From: Octopus vulgaris
Lineage: Eukaryota
Assembly (NCBI GenBank): GCA_951406725.2
Contig: OX597834.1
Coordinates: 24,304,001-24,368,000 of the forward strand
DNA length: 64,000 nt
Direction: 5' to 3'
Position 1 is the first letter of the stretch. Every line of letters begins with the position of its first letter. The translations under genes and the position numbers were made by a program. Positions 25,501 to 34,339 of this stretch are shown here, piece after piece. Under the pieces are notes generated by a model, which did not search any database, had not been told where the DNA came from, and worked only from the letters and a program-made list of their open reading frames with translations.

Positions 25501-28500
25501 CTTGCTTTGCGCAAAACAAAATCTGCCCGCAAAGTATTTGACAGCTGAACTGAAAGGCTGTCAGCACATTAATCGCTCCACCAACCACACCTTAAATGGA
25601 AAATATATTGATCAGGTGAAAAAAAAAACCCAGAAATGTAATATACTCACTGCTTTGTTGAAATTTTCACAGGTTTCTTCCTATTCATTTTCTTGTTGCT
25701 GATTTTGGGTTTCATTTTCTTCGACTGGTCTGACACAGCTGACATCTTATGGTTTCTATTCTGTTTGGCACTATTTACAGACTTTTTATCCTTGCACTTC
25801 ACTATGTTTCTTGATTGGGTCTTTCTGTGAATACCCCTGTTTTGCTGTCGCACAATAATCTTGGCACCAATCTTTGATTGCTTTGAAAGTGTTTTCAGAG
25901 TTCCTTTAGTATTCCCAACAGAAACAGTTGAAACAGAATTGGAGTTAAGATCTAAGTTACCTTGTTCAAAATTCAGTGTTGACTGCGAACATTTTACACC
26001 AATGGAATTGGACATTACTGCAGACTTTTGGTTCTTAGCTTTTGAGACAGGCTTGAACTTATGGCTAGGAATGACCTTTTTCGTGGTTACATCAAGTGTT
26101 GATTTAGTTTGTTTCTCTTGCTCTTTATGCTCATCAACAACAGGAATCTCATCGGCTTTATTTAACACTTCTGTATCCAAGACAACTATGTCATTAACAT
26201 CTTGGTTTTTAGATTTAATGACTTCTGAAGAGACACTTTTCAAAATGGCTTCTGCAGATTTACTGGAATTATCTGCAGTATTAGATGTAGCTGGTAAGCT
26301 TAAAGATGGTTCCGGGTGTATGTCAGCCACAACAGTAACTTGCTGAGAATTACATAAATCCGTCTTTCCTGAGTCAACAAACATAGGAATAGGATCACAT
26401 TTAGAAGGAAGTGCTTTTTCTGGACTCATTTTGGCAAATTCCATATTTACAGATTGTTCATCACCAACAGTCTGAGAAAGTAAAAATTCTTCATATGAGA
26501 GTTCCATAGCGTCTTGGTCATCGTTTTCACAAGTTTGAACTTTCAGTGACTGACAACTTTCATCTAAATCTGACTTTGTATTTAAATATGTCGGACTAGA
26601 TGGACCTAATTCACTGTTGACAATGCTGCTGTTGCAGGAATTACTCGCAGAAATTTCTTTCGAATTTTGAGGAGGATCACTAGAATTAAAAGAATCTGTT
26701 TTTTCTCTTTCACTTTTATCAGAAAGTTTCTTTTTATCTTTTTCACAATAATACATATTTAATGAATTACTTTTACCAACATTAACTTGTTGGGTCTTTG
26801 ATGATTTCAATTTTGACTGTTTGTTCAACATATTAGAATTTATACAATTTTTGGAATTTTTCTTTGTGTATTTCCTTTTAGGTAATTCCTGGTCATTTTC
26901 ACACAAAACAACTTTTTTAGAAGTGCTAGTAGCATCTGTTTTTGAAATAAAATCATCATCATCATTGGAAAGATCAATATTTTGGTCAGATGTTTTTGAT
27001 TCTGTATTAGAAATATTTTCAGGCATTTTCTCTAAAAAAGGCTCTTTTGAAGGTAGAGATATGGCTGTCTTTGATTCTTCATATGAAATACTGTCTGTAG
27101 ATTTAAAACGTTTTGGTTGAGTGATCTCAACAAAATCATCTCCACTCAGTACTTTACTAGCACGTTTCCGTTTTTTATCTAAAGAACTGGCATTAGAACT
27201 ACTTTTATCCAAAGAACTGGCCTCAGGACTATTCTTATCCATAGAACTGGCCTCAGGACTATTCTTATCCATAGAACTACTTTTATCCGTTGGACTAACA
27301 GTTAAATTCTTTTCCAAAAGTTTCTTTTTCACTGTATCGTTCTTAACAGGTACTTGTGTAAGTTTTTCCAAGACTGATGATCCCACTGATGTCTCTGTTT
27401 TTCCATTAGACACACGTGAATGAGGGTCTTTAGTAAAATAACTCAGTAAATTTGTGGGTTTCTTAATTGCACTGGAACTATTCTGAGAGGATTTACCAAA
27501 GAAATCTGCAATAGTCTTCTTTGAACTATTCACCTCCTAAGAAAGAAAAAGAAAACAAAAAGAAACAAAGAAGATATATTAAATGTATTTTAAGATTAAC
27601 CTACATATTTAATACCTATCTGACATTATGTAACAGTCCAAATAATGGTTCAGCACTGAGAACAGTGCCAAAAAGTTCTTATGAAACTGAGTTTTATTTG
27701 AGGACTAGCAATGCATCCCGATGTTGCCTGGGTGTTATGACTTACAGCATATTGTATTATTTGTTCCTTTCTTATGGGCAGAATCATCACAGCTGATATA
27801 TAGTGAACTGGATTACTGGCATAATGGAAGTTATTGCTTGTTTAAAAGTAAAGGAGGGGAGGGAACAATTTGCATGGGCTTGCATGAAAGTGATTTCTGC
27901 AAACTATGTATTATTCCATTGTATAAAAGGGGGTTAATACGATTTTGCCCAGAAATCACGTTTTCAAAATTTTAGTTCCCCCCTCCCCCATCCCCACTGC
28001 AATTTCTTAATTTGTAACTTTTTTCCGAATTTTTTTTTTTTATCCATGTAGAAAAATAAAGAGATTACAAATTTGGGAAATATATATATATTTTTTAACC
28101 CTTTAGTATCTAAACCGGCCATATTCGGGCAAAATAGTTAATCTGTTTTATGTTCAAACTGACCAGATCCAGGCTCTCACACCTACCCTGCAATGTTATT
28201 CTACATTAAGTAATTACACTATCAAGATCTTGAAGATATGAGATAATGCATGATTAATTCAAATCAATGGGAATCAATAGGCATTATGTTTGATAGAATA
28301 ATCTGAACACTAAAGGGTTAAAGAAACACTCAATGCCCCTTCCCCCACCTTGCCCACCCATCACCTACCCGCTTTCAAAAAGCTAAAAACACCCTATGAT
28401 TCACTCTCGTCTGATGTTTCTTGCATGTGTAGAATTATACTGAAATAGCAGACATAATTAATATTAAAGCACCACCAGAAAACCTGACATGCTAGAAACA

Positions 28501-28769
28501 ATAGGTAAACAACAATATTTCGTTCATCTCTATGTTCTTAATTCAAATTTCACCAAGGTTGACTTTGCTTTTCATCCTTTCATGGTCGACAAAATAAGCA
28601 TTAGTTGAACACTGAGGTCAGTTCAATTGATTTGGCCCCTCCCCCAAAAAACTGCTGGCCTTGTGACAAAATTTGAAACCAATATATTTACTTGAAAACA
28701 TCTTAAACAGCTTACCTTATGACAGTCTAAACTGCCATTAGGGGTATCAACTACACAAGATCCCAGCAT
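3151..28769 (-). CDS. ATAD5: ATPase family AAA domain-containing protein 5 (ELG1 / RFC1-like PCNA unloader), whole gene span, 17 coding exons, 1824 aa
   Basis: The hand-spliced exons join in compatible phase (5475 nt). Motifs: LWTEKYQP (RFC box), Walker A GPQGIGKT, VFEVNASS..SGKKIL..LQEATQSHQV, Walker B [32 protein letters not shown], and C-terminus RRFFHYFDNINL...SSDFT*, which closely resembles vertebrate ATAD5. Confidence 0.95.
3800..5340 (-). mobile_element. Decayed RTE-type LINE (APE endonuclease and RT fragments, internally deleted)
   Basis: VVGDWNARL, ENGE, FID(C)KEAFDSV, GVRQDCLLSP, DLDFVDDIALL and YTAETW across frameshifted ORFs. Confidence 0.9.
5857..6062. mobile_element. piggyBac-type MITE (CCCTTT…AAAGG), older copy
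   Basis: Same body as the 28099 and 39037 copies. Confidence 0.65.
6137..6295 (-). CDS. ATAD5: ATAD5 exon 16 (…LDYFPVLRNICRTEKHRQLAKVKR)
   Basis: cag acceptor, GTATTC donor, 159 nt; conserved DY.P.LR.IC..E motif. Confidence 0.92.
6814..7610 (-). CDS. ATAD5: ATAD5 exon 15
   Basis: Lies within ORF 6765-7616; ttgcag acceptor, GTTAGT donor, 797 nt, phases 0/2. Confidence 0.88.
8876..9283 (-). CDS. ATAD5: ATAD5 exon 14 (HLQTLCLAEN…[14 protein letters not shown])
   Basis: Sensor-2-like GDVR motif; cag acceptor, GTATTT donor, 408 nt. Confidence 0.93.
9429..9634. mobile_element. Inverted-repeat element with hammerhead-like arms (probable Penelope terminal-repeat relic)
   Basis: About 55-bp inverted arms containing TTCGAAACATATGTCG(G/A)AAGTATAAAG. 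Confidence 0.55.
10083..10241 (-). CDS. ATAD5: ATAD5 exon 13 ([30 protein letters not shown]…)
   Basis: Not in the ORF track; translated by hand. Completes Walker B; ttcag acceptor, GTAAGT donor, 159 nt. Confidence 0.95.
10261..10480 (-). mobile_element. tRNA-derived SINE, family A (…GCCTTTCATCCTTTCGGGGTCGATAAA…AGTACCAG core)
   Basis: Near-identical to copies at about 14992-15220, 29982-30212, 31928-32140, 41831-42063, 51104-51331 and 56551-56780. Confidence 0.85.
11320..11489 (-). CDS. ATAD5: ATAD5 exon 12 (…TSLILFDE, Walker B)
   Basis: tag acceptor, GTAAGT donor, 170 nt. Confidence 0.92.
11994..12170 (-). CDS. ATAD5: ATAD5 exon 11
   Basis: ctttcag acceptor, GTGAGT donor, 177 nt, phase 1/1; contains FSTFFK. 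Confidence 0.85.
13130..13400 (+). mobile_element. RTE LINE C-terminal fragment
   Basis: LKGIVE…LKEWTG…WWQFV resembles the RTE ORF C-terminus. Confidence 0.5.
13698..13827 (-). CDS. ATAD5: ATAD5 exon 10 (VFEVNASSVRSGKKILTRLQEATQSHQV)
   Basis: ELG1-family motif; tag acceptor, GTAAAG donor, 130 nt. Confidence 0.95.
14155..14324 (-). CDS. ATAD5: ATAD5 exon 9 (Walker A: LCNTKLLTGPQGIGKTASVYALAMELGYQ)
   Basis: Hand translation; tttcag acceptor, GTTGGT donor, 170 nt. Confidence 0.95.
15381..15560 (-). CDS. ATAD5: ATAD5 exon 8 (LWTEKYQP…KKLKSWLLDWK), probable GC donor
   Basis: RFC box II-like motif; ccaag acceptor, donor AAG|GCAAGA, 180 nt. Confidence 0.88.
16716..16895 (-). CDS. ATAD5: ATAD5 exon 7
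   Basis: ctag acceptor, GTGAGT donor, 180 nt, basic/NLS-like sequence. Confidence 0.82.
17120..18195 (+). mobile_element. Penelope-like retroelement fragment (Neptune-type RT plus GIY-YIG endonuclease)
   Basis: FDVSMGSYDG…CDLIGLFLL…YKDN (degenerate YRDD); CPLNGAC…IIYEATV…YVGLTEGNFKARFN…LSSHIWSLKD…CGLC…LNSRTEL…CPH. Confidence 0.9.
18680..19100. mobile_element. MITE with about 30-bp TIRs (GGATCTTTTCGGTTTGAACGGCAG) and an 8-bp TSD
   Basis: TSD AAAATTTG at 18672-18679 and 19101-19108; a near-identical copy lies at 33504-33933. Confidence 0.9.
19166..19325 (-). CDS. ATAD5: ATAD5 exon 6 (ILQEIYAANPSYP)
   Basis: Long poly-T tract plus cag acceptor, GTAAGT donor, 160 nt. Confidence 0.88.
20603..20991 (-). 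CDS. ATAD5: ATAD5 exon 5 (KLAPIF…RRAFLMSGLPE…PFPSENHVQQ)
   Basis: Motifs conserved in metazoan ATAD5; tag acceptor, GTTTGT donor, 389 nt. Confidence 0.9.
21157..22010. mobile_element. Tc1/mariner-derived fold-back element with about 350-bp inverted arms
   Basis: Ends CAGAGGATGTCCCAAAAG… and …CTTTTGGAATACCCT. The arms carry transposase C-terminal codons (LDFF..GYLKERVYVNKP), and the centre reads TWFQQDGA on the minus strand. Confidence 0.8.
22799..23108 (-). CDS. ATAD5: ATAD5 exon 4 (alternative in-phase donor at 22793)
   Basis: cag acceptor; donor GTAATG (310 nt) or GTGAAA (316 nt), both phase 1. Confidence 0.82.
23615..23681 (-). CDS. ATAD5: ATAD5 exon 3 (small)
   Basis: ttgcag acceptor, GTAAGT donor, 67 nt; required to reconcile phase 2 with phase 0. 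Confidence 0.8.
25651..27536 (-). CDS. ATAD5: ATAD5 large N-terminal exon 2 (Ser/Lys-rich, probably disordered)
   Basis: ORF of 628 aa; ttag acceptor, GTGAGT donor; KKTIADFF, NLLSYF, LSYEEFL and VTVVADIHP motifs. Confidence 0.92.
27171..27290 (-). repeat. Coding 30-bp tandem repeat in ATAD5 (SSMDKNSPEA, about 3.5 units)
   Basis: gaactggcctcaggactattcttatccata repeated, with degenerate flanking units. Confidence 0.85.
28099..28317. mobile_element. piggyBac-type MITE, 219 bp, TTAA TSD
   Basis: TTAA|CCCTTTAGT…ACTAAAGGG|TTAA. Confidence 0.85.
28716..28769 (-). CDS. ATAD5: ATAD5 probable start exon, coding part (MLGSCVVDTPNGSLDCHK)
   Basis: Exon 28794-28716 with cccag acceptor and AAG|GTAAG donor; AAAATG in frame with exon 2. 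Confidence 0.7.
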
Positions 28770-31700
28770 TTTATGGTATCATGAATTCAGGCATCTGGGA
28801 ATAAAGATAAAACAGAATTAATTATTATCAATTATATAAGGAGCTAATAAAAAAAAAAAAAAAGAAAGCAGTTTGAATAATTTGATGGCCTTTCCACTAT
28901 AAACTACTGTGGCATATTAAATCAATGTTGCTGAAAACATGGGGTTTGTGAGGTTTGGAAAGGGGTGATCAAGTTCAAAACTTTTAAATGGCTTTATATC
29001 TTTTTAACCCTTTCAGTAGAAAATGCCCAAAGTGCATTTCAGTGGGATTGAACCCTAAAGCACCTGATTGCAAAGAGCTTCTTAACCACACTCACATACC
29101 TTAGCCTATACATCCTTGGTTCCCAAACTGAGGTCTGCAAAGTAATTTTAGAGGGTCTGCGACAGGGTTGCCAATTTTCATCTCAGTCCATTGTCCTTTC
29201 CTCCATGATACCCAACATCCTGAGATTGATCCTTACCCCTTCATCCCATATCTTCCTGGGTCTCCCTCTTCCACGGGTCTAGAGTAATAAGTATTATTGA
29301 ATCCAATGCCCACTCCTCTACGCCTGGATGAGTAAAAAAGAATTTGAGGCAGATTTTCCATAACTGGATGCCCTTCCTGTCACCAACCCTCACCTGTTTC
29401 CAAACAGAGTAGTATTTTCTCATAGCCAGACATGGTTCTCACAGAAGACCAAAAACAAACAACATCATTTGCAGGAAGATAATGATGCTCATTTACAATA
29501 ATCAAGTGATGTCCAAGACAAGGGTACACACACCTATATATTATGGTAATATATACATATACGATTGGCTTCTTTCAGTTTCTGGCACACGGCTTCGGTA
29601 AGATATGTGCCCAAGGTGCCATGCAGTGAGACTGAACCCAAGCCCACATGCGGGGAAGAAGTAATAACTTTATAAAAGTTTGTAGAAGCTAATATCTAAA
29701 ATCATTACGGATAAAAAAAAATAAGGTTCTACCCCTTTGAACTATATTGTATGTTTAATCTTAGGGTATCAACAGGAATATAAGAAACAAACTGAAGGGT
29801 TAATATATTTGGAAAGACAGGATTCTAAAACAGAAACGATCACATTAGGATTTGTATTGCACCCAAAGATTAAATCTTTCATCTTTTTAGACTGTGGCCA
29901 TGCTGGGACACTGCCTGGAAGAAATTTTAGTCAAATGAATTGGCCCCAATTCTTAATTTTTAAAGCCTGGTACCTATTCTTATTTCTTTACTGCCCACAA
30001 GGGGCTAAACATAGAGGGGACAAACAAGGACAGAGAAACGGATTAAGTCGATTACATCGACACCAGTGTGTAACTGGTACTTAATTTATCGACCCTGAAA
30101 GGATGAAAGGCAAAGTCGACCTTGGCGGAATTTGAACTCAGAATGTAACGGCAGACGAAATACCGCTAAGCATTTCGCCCAGCGTGCTAACGTTTCTGTC
30201 CGCTCACCACCTTAATAGTACCTATTCTATTGGTCCCTTTTGTCAAACCAGTTGACAAATAGTGGTGGGGTACAAACACAGACACACACATATATTTACG
30301 ATGGGCTTCTTTTAAGCTTCCCTCTCTACCGAATCTACTAACAAGGCTTTGGTCTGCCTGAAGCTATAGGAGAAGACACTTGCCCAAGGTACTAAGCAGT
30401 GAGACAAAACCCAAGCATGTAATTGGGAAACAAGCTTCTTAATCTCTAATCAAGAACTAATCTTCCTCTTGCTTTGGATCTTCAAATCTGTTACTTGAAA
30501 ACCAAAGGAAGGGCAGTGAGGTGGTAAAACAATACCACAATTAAACATTCTTCAACATAGTTCTAGATACACCACACACAAAAAAAAAAACCCAGATGAA
30601 ACTGAACAAAAATATTTTAAACATGTTCTCCCAACCATAGTTGACACAAAGCTAAAAACAACATAAGAAATCCAAGTGTTACTGTATAACTGCAAGTATT
30701 CCATCTATCTCACGGATATTCTTTCGGTTTTTGACCACAAAATGGAACTGGAAATATTAATACTATTCGGTAATGTCTAGAAGAATAAACACACCCCTTC
30801 TGTTTTTATTTTTTCACAAAAATTTCTTTAGATTCCTGTTTTCACCAACAAAGATTACAAATAATTAATAAATAAAACTTTTTTCAAACTTCAATACATC
30901 ATATTAACTTCTTTTTCGATTTTTTCCCTAATATTCCACTAAATTTCCATTTTCTAACGCCACCTACTTAGGATATTTTTTTAGCATTCTAAACTGAAAG
31001 AATACCTGCCATTCAATCTAACATCTAATCGACATTTTTCATGACGGACTGTAAAAGACTTTGATACACTAGTCGTAATGATTGGATCAACAACATGATC
31101 ACCATGTACGTGGATTTGCCACGAAGGTAAACCCCAAAAGACAAAGAAGCCACTACGTACGCATTGGAATTTCAAGAAATAGCAAGTGGGGGCTAATGTA
31201 GAATCGCATCTCTCCTGAAAAAATGCATTTTTAAAAAAAATTTCTTCGGATCCCTAAGTTTTAGATGTCGAAGATTACGAATATGCAAAAAAAAAAAAAG
31301 TTTTTAAATTTCACCCCCGCCCCCCCAATTTAAAATTTTGAACTTTTTACAAAATTTTTTCTTCCTGTTTTAGAAGACGGAGATTCCGAATATGCAAGAA
31401 ACCACAACCTAATCTCCCGCTATCATCCTTTATTTATAAAAGATATATTGAATTAGTTCTGCATGACTGGTTGGTCACGTATAGAGTGCCTCTGATAGTA
31501 AATAAACAAGCCTGCTCGATTAGAGCTGACCTAGAAGCAAACCAACTTCATCACAACACTGGGATACACAACAAGAGAGTCACTGTGTGATCTCTCGACA
31601 TGCTAGAAATAATAGCCTATCGTCTTATAAATCTCAAATAGTTCTGACCTGGTGATGGGAGGAGGGAAGCTTAACATAAACAGTACAAATGATTGTATTC

Positions 31701-32987
31701 TCTCACCAGCTGTCCGTATGACAGTGGCAGAATCGTTAGCACACCGAGTAAAATGCTTATCGGCATTTCGTCTATCTTCTTGTTCAGAATTTAAATTCCG
31801 CTGAGGTCGACTTAGCCTTTCATCCGTTCAGGGTCGATAAAATAAGAACCAGTTGAGCACTGGGGTCGATGTAATCGATTTATCCCCTCCTCCGAAATTG
31901 CTGGCCTTGTATCAAAATTTGAAACCAGCTGGCAAAATCGTTAGCACGCCGGCGAAATGCGTAGCCGTATTTCGTCTGCCGTTACGTTCTGAGTTCAAAT
32001 TCCGCCGAGGTCGACTTTGCCTTTTATCTTTTCGGTGTCGATAAATTAAGTACCAGTTGCGTACTGGTTGATCTAATCGACTGGCCCCACTTCCCCCAAA
32101 TTTCAGGCCTTGTGCCTATAGCAGAAAGGATTATTATTATTCGGGAGGTCAAGTTATAAATTAAATTAAAAACAATGGGGGGAAGTTCGTTAGGAATGAA
32201 CAGTGCGATAAATACGTCAAATGTGGGAAACTTTTGAAATGTCCTACTTTACGACATATAAAAAGCAACAAAGGTATTTATTTCGTGTCTATTTTGAGAT
32301 TAGTACAAGAGAAATAAAATATTAATTATGTAATATATTTGGAACTCCACATTCTGAAATATTTTGCTCCCATAAGTGAAACCAAACGTAAATGTAGACA
32401 TAGATATATGATAAACACCCAAGTGCGGGAAACTATTTGTAAGTGCTCTACTCTACGGAGCATAAAATGTAACAAAGGTAAATTTCATTCTCTCAGTGTC
32501 TCCCTATTCTGGTTTGAAATGTGTGTTGGTGTATGTTTTAATAGCAGAAATTACGAGAGAAATTAAAGACTAATTATATAAATATGTTTAGTTTTACAAA
32601 TACACTTACATTTTCCCCTCCCGCTTGTAAAAACCAAACAACACAGACAGATACATGGCAATAACTGATAATACTGTTAAAAGAGTGTTCTATTTAGTTT
32701 CCTGGTTAATTAATATCGGTACTTGACAAGTACCATTAATATCTACATAATATATATGTATATATATATATATTTCAGAGACAGTCGCCAACTAAAAGAC
32801 AAGCCAGAGAGAGACTCGCTAAGCTTGCTACATAGACATAGATACAGATATGACAATAATAATTGATATAATTAAAGCATTTTGATCAGTTTCTTGGTTA
32901 ATAAATTAACAGCTACTGAATATATCCCCAAGATACAGTCGTCAAAAAAGAGAGAGAGAATGAGGACTATATAATAACCAGACTTAC

Positions 32988-33030
32988 CAGAGAGAAACTG
33001 GAAAATCTATTTTGTTTGGTTTGGCGCCAG
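32988..33030 (-). promoter_or_regulatory. Probable ATAD5 non-coding first exon / core promoter with an E2F-type site
   Basis: Strong donor CTG|GTAAGT at 32987; TTTGGCGCC at 33020-33028; no start codon. A weaker alternative donor AAG|GTAATG lies at 33236. Confidence 0.5.
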
Positions 33031-33503
33031 AATTCAACCAAGTCGTCACTAGACTGAAGTGGATCATACGAAACTTTCAAAAGTAAGAAAGTTTCTAACA
33101 AAATGTCACGACAAGAAAAAATAGGAAATTTCGCTAGATAGATTGTAAAATATATATTATTTCATTCACAATTGTGATTTATATATTTATTTATTTGACG
33201 AATACCAAACTAATAAACAAATATATTTTTCATTACCTTGCAAGTCAGTCTGCTGCCGGTGTATAGTGATCTTATGTTCCCTCTATCAAATGAGAATACA
33301 ACAAACAATTAAAACTTATTTCTTTATTACCCTTAACGGGCTAACAAAGAGGGACAATACATCACATTTGGGGACATAAAACGATGGAAAAAGAATAAAA
33401 CGTATGATATAATGAAAGATGAATATGGTGTTACTTGCCCCACCAAGTAATATCACTTACTTTACCTCTATGTTCCATTATATCCAGTCCATATTGTATT
33501 TTT

Positions 33504-34091
33504 GGATCTTTTCGGTTTGAACGGCAGTTTTTTCTAGCGGTGTCATATGAAATTGTCACCCATAATTATGACCCTAGTATCGATCTATTGAATTTCAATC
33601 TGTTTTAGGGTTAGGGTTAGTTTTGGTTAGGGGTGGGGGGAAGGGTATCTTTTTATCTTCACAAATGTGAATAAACCCAATCTATTTCTTAAACGAGGGA
33701 CATATTCATAAGGCACAGAATGTTTTTTTTTACCTCAATAGACGTCATTGATTGGTTGAAATTGCAGAAATTGAAGAAAACAACAACAAATATCTTACAA
33801 ACTATAAAATTTTCTCAATAAAGCCAAGAGAAAAAGATGTCTTATAAACACATTCTACCAGTATACGAAGTTTAAAAGTGTTTAGTTACGTGGAAATTAT
33901 TTTAAAAAACTGCCGTTCAAACCGAAAAGATCCAAGAAACACATTGGGTTTATTTACATTTGTGAAGAAAAAAAGATACCCTAACCCTAAAACAGGTTGA
34001 AATGCAATAGATCGATACTAGGGTCATAATTATGGGTGACAATTTCATATGACACCACTAAAAAAAAATGCCGTTCAAACCGAAAAGATCC
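33504..34091. mobile_element. Full GGATC-MITE (33504-33933) abutting an inverted partial copy (33934-34091)
   Basis: Three TIR ends; the second copy is the reverse complement of the left part of the first; no TSD. Confidence 0.88.
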
Positions 34092-34199
34092 TCGAATAAT
34101 TCATTAATTGATAAAATTTTAATTTAAATATATTTATTAAAGGCAAAATAAAATACGAAAGTTGTAGGTAGTTCATACATGTGATTACTTTTAACTCTG

Positions 34200-34339
34200 T
34201 ATAAACAATGGAATTGATAACAAAGATGGCAGGTTTTTATAGAAACTCTTCAGCTTCAATGATTTATTTTGGATTATTTTCAGTTATTTAGTCGTTGTAA
34301 TCGTTCGATTTTATAAAACTAATCTCCCTAATACTGCAG
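34200..34339 (+). promoter_or_regulatory. Candidate SHPRH non-coding first exon / TSS region
   Basis: YY1-like AAGATGGC at about 34223; donor CAG|GTAACT at 34339/34340. The SHPRH ATG sits 2 nt after an acceptor, so an upstream exon is needed. The region appears less CpG-depleted than the introns. Confidence 0.35.

Noticed and set aside
25861-27423. Plus-strand ORFs of 99-161 aa
   Set aside because: Antisense shadows of the large ATAD5 exon.
30900-31443. Possible Chapaev-type transposase tail or Helitron 5' end
   Set aside because: The resemblance is faint and broken by stops, and the termini cannot be paired, so it is not callable by eye.
33603-33640. Interstitial telomere or chromosome fusion site
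   Set aside because: Only 2-3 TTAGGG units, and they are internal to a MITE that also occurs at 18680-19100.
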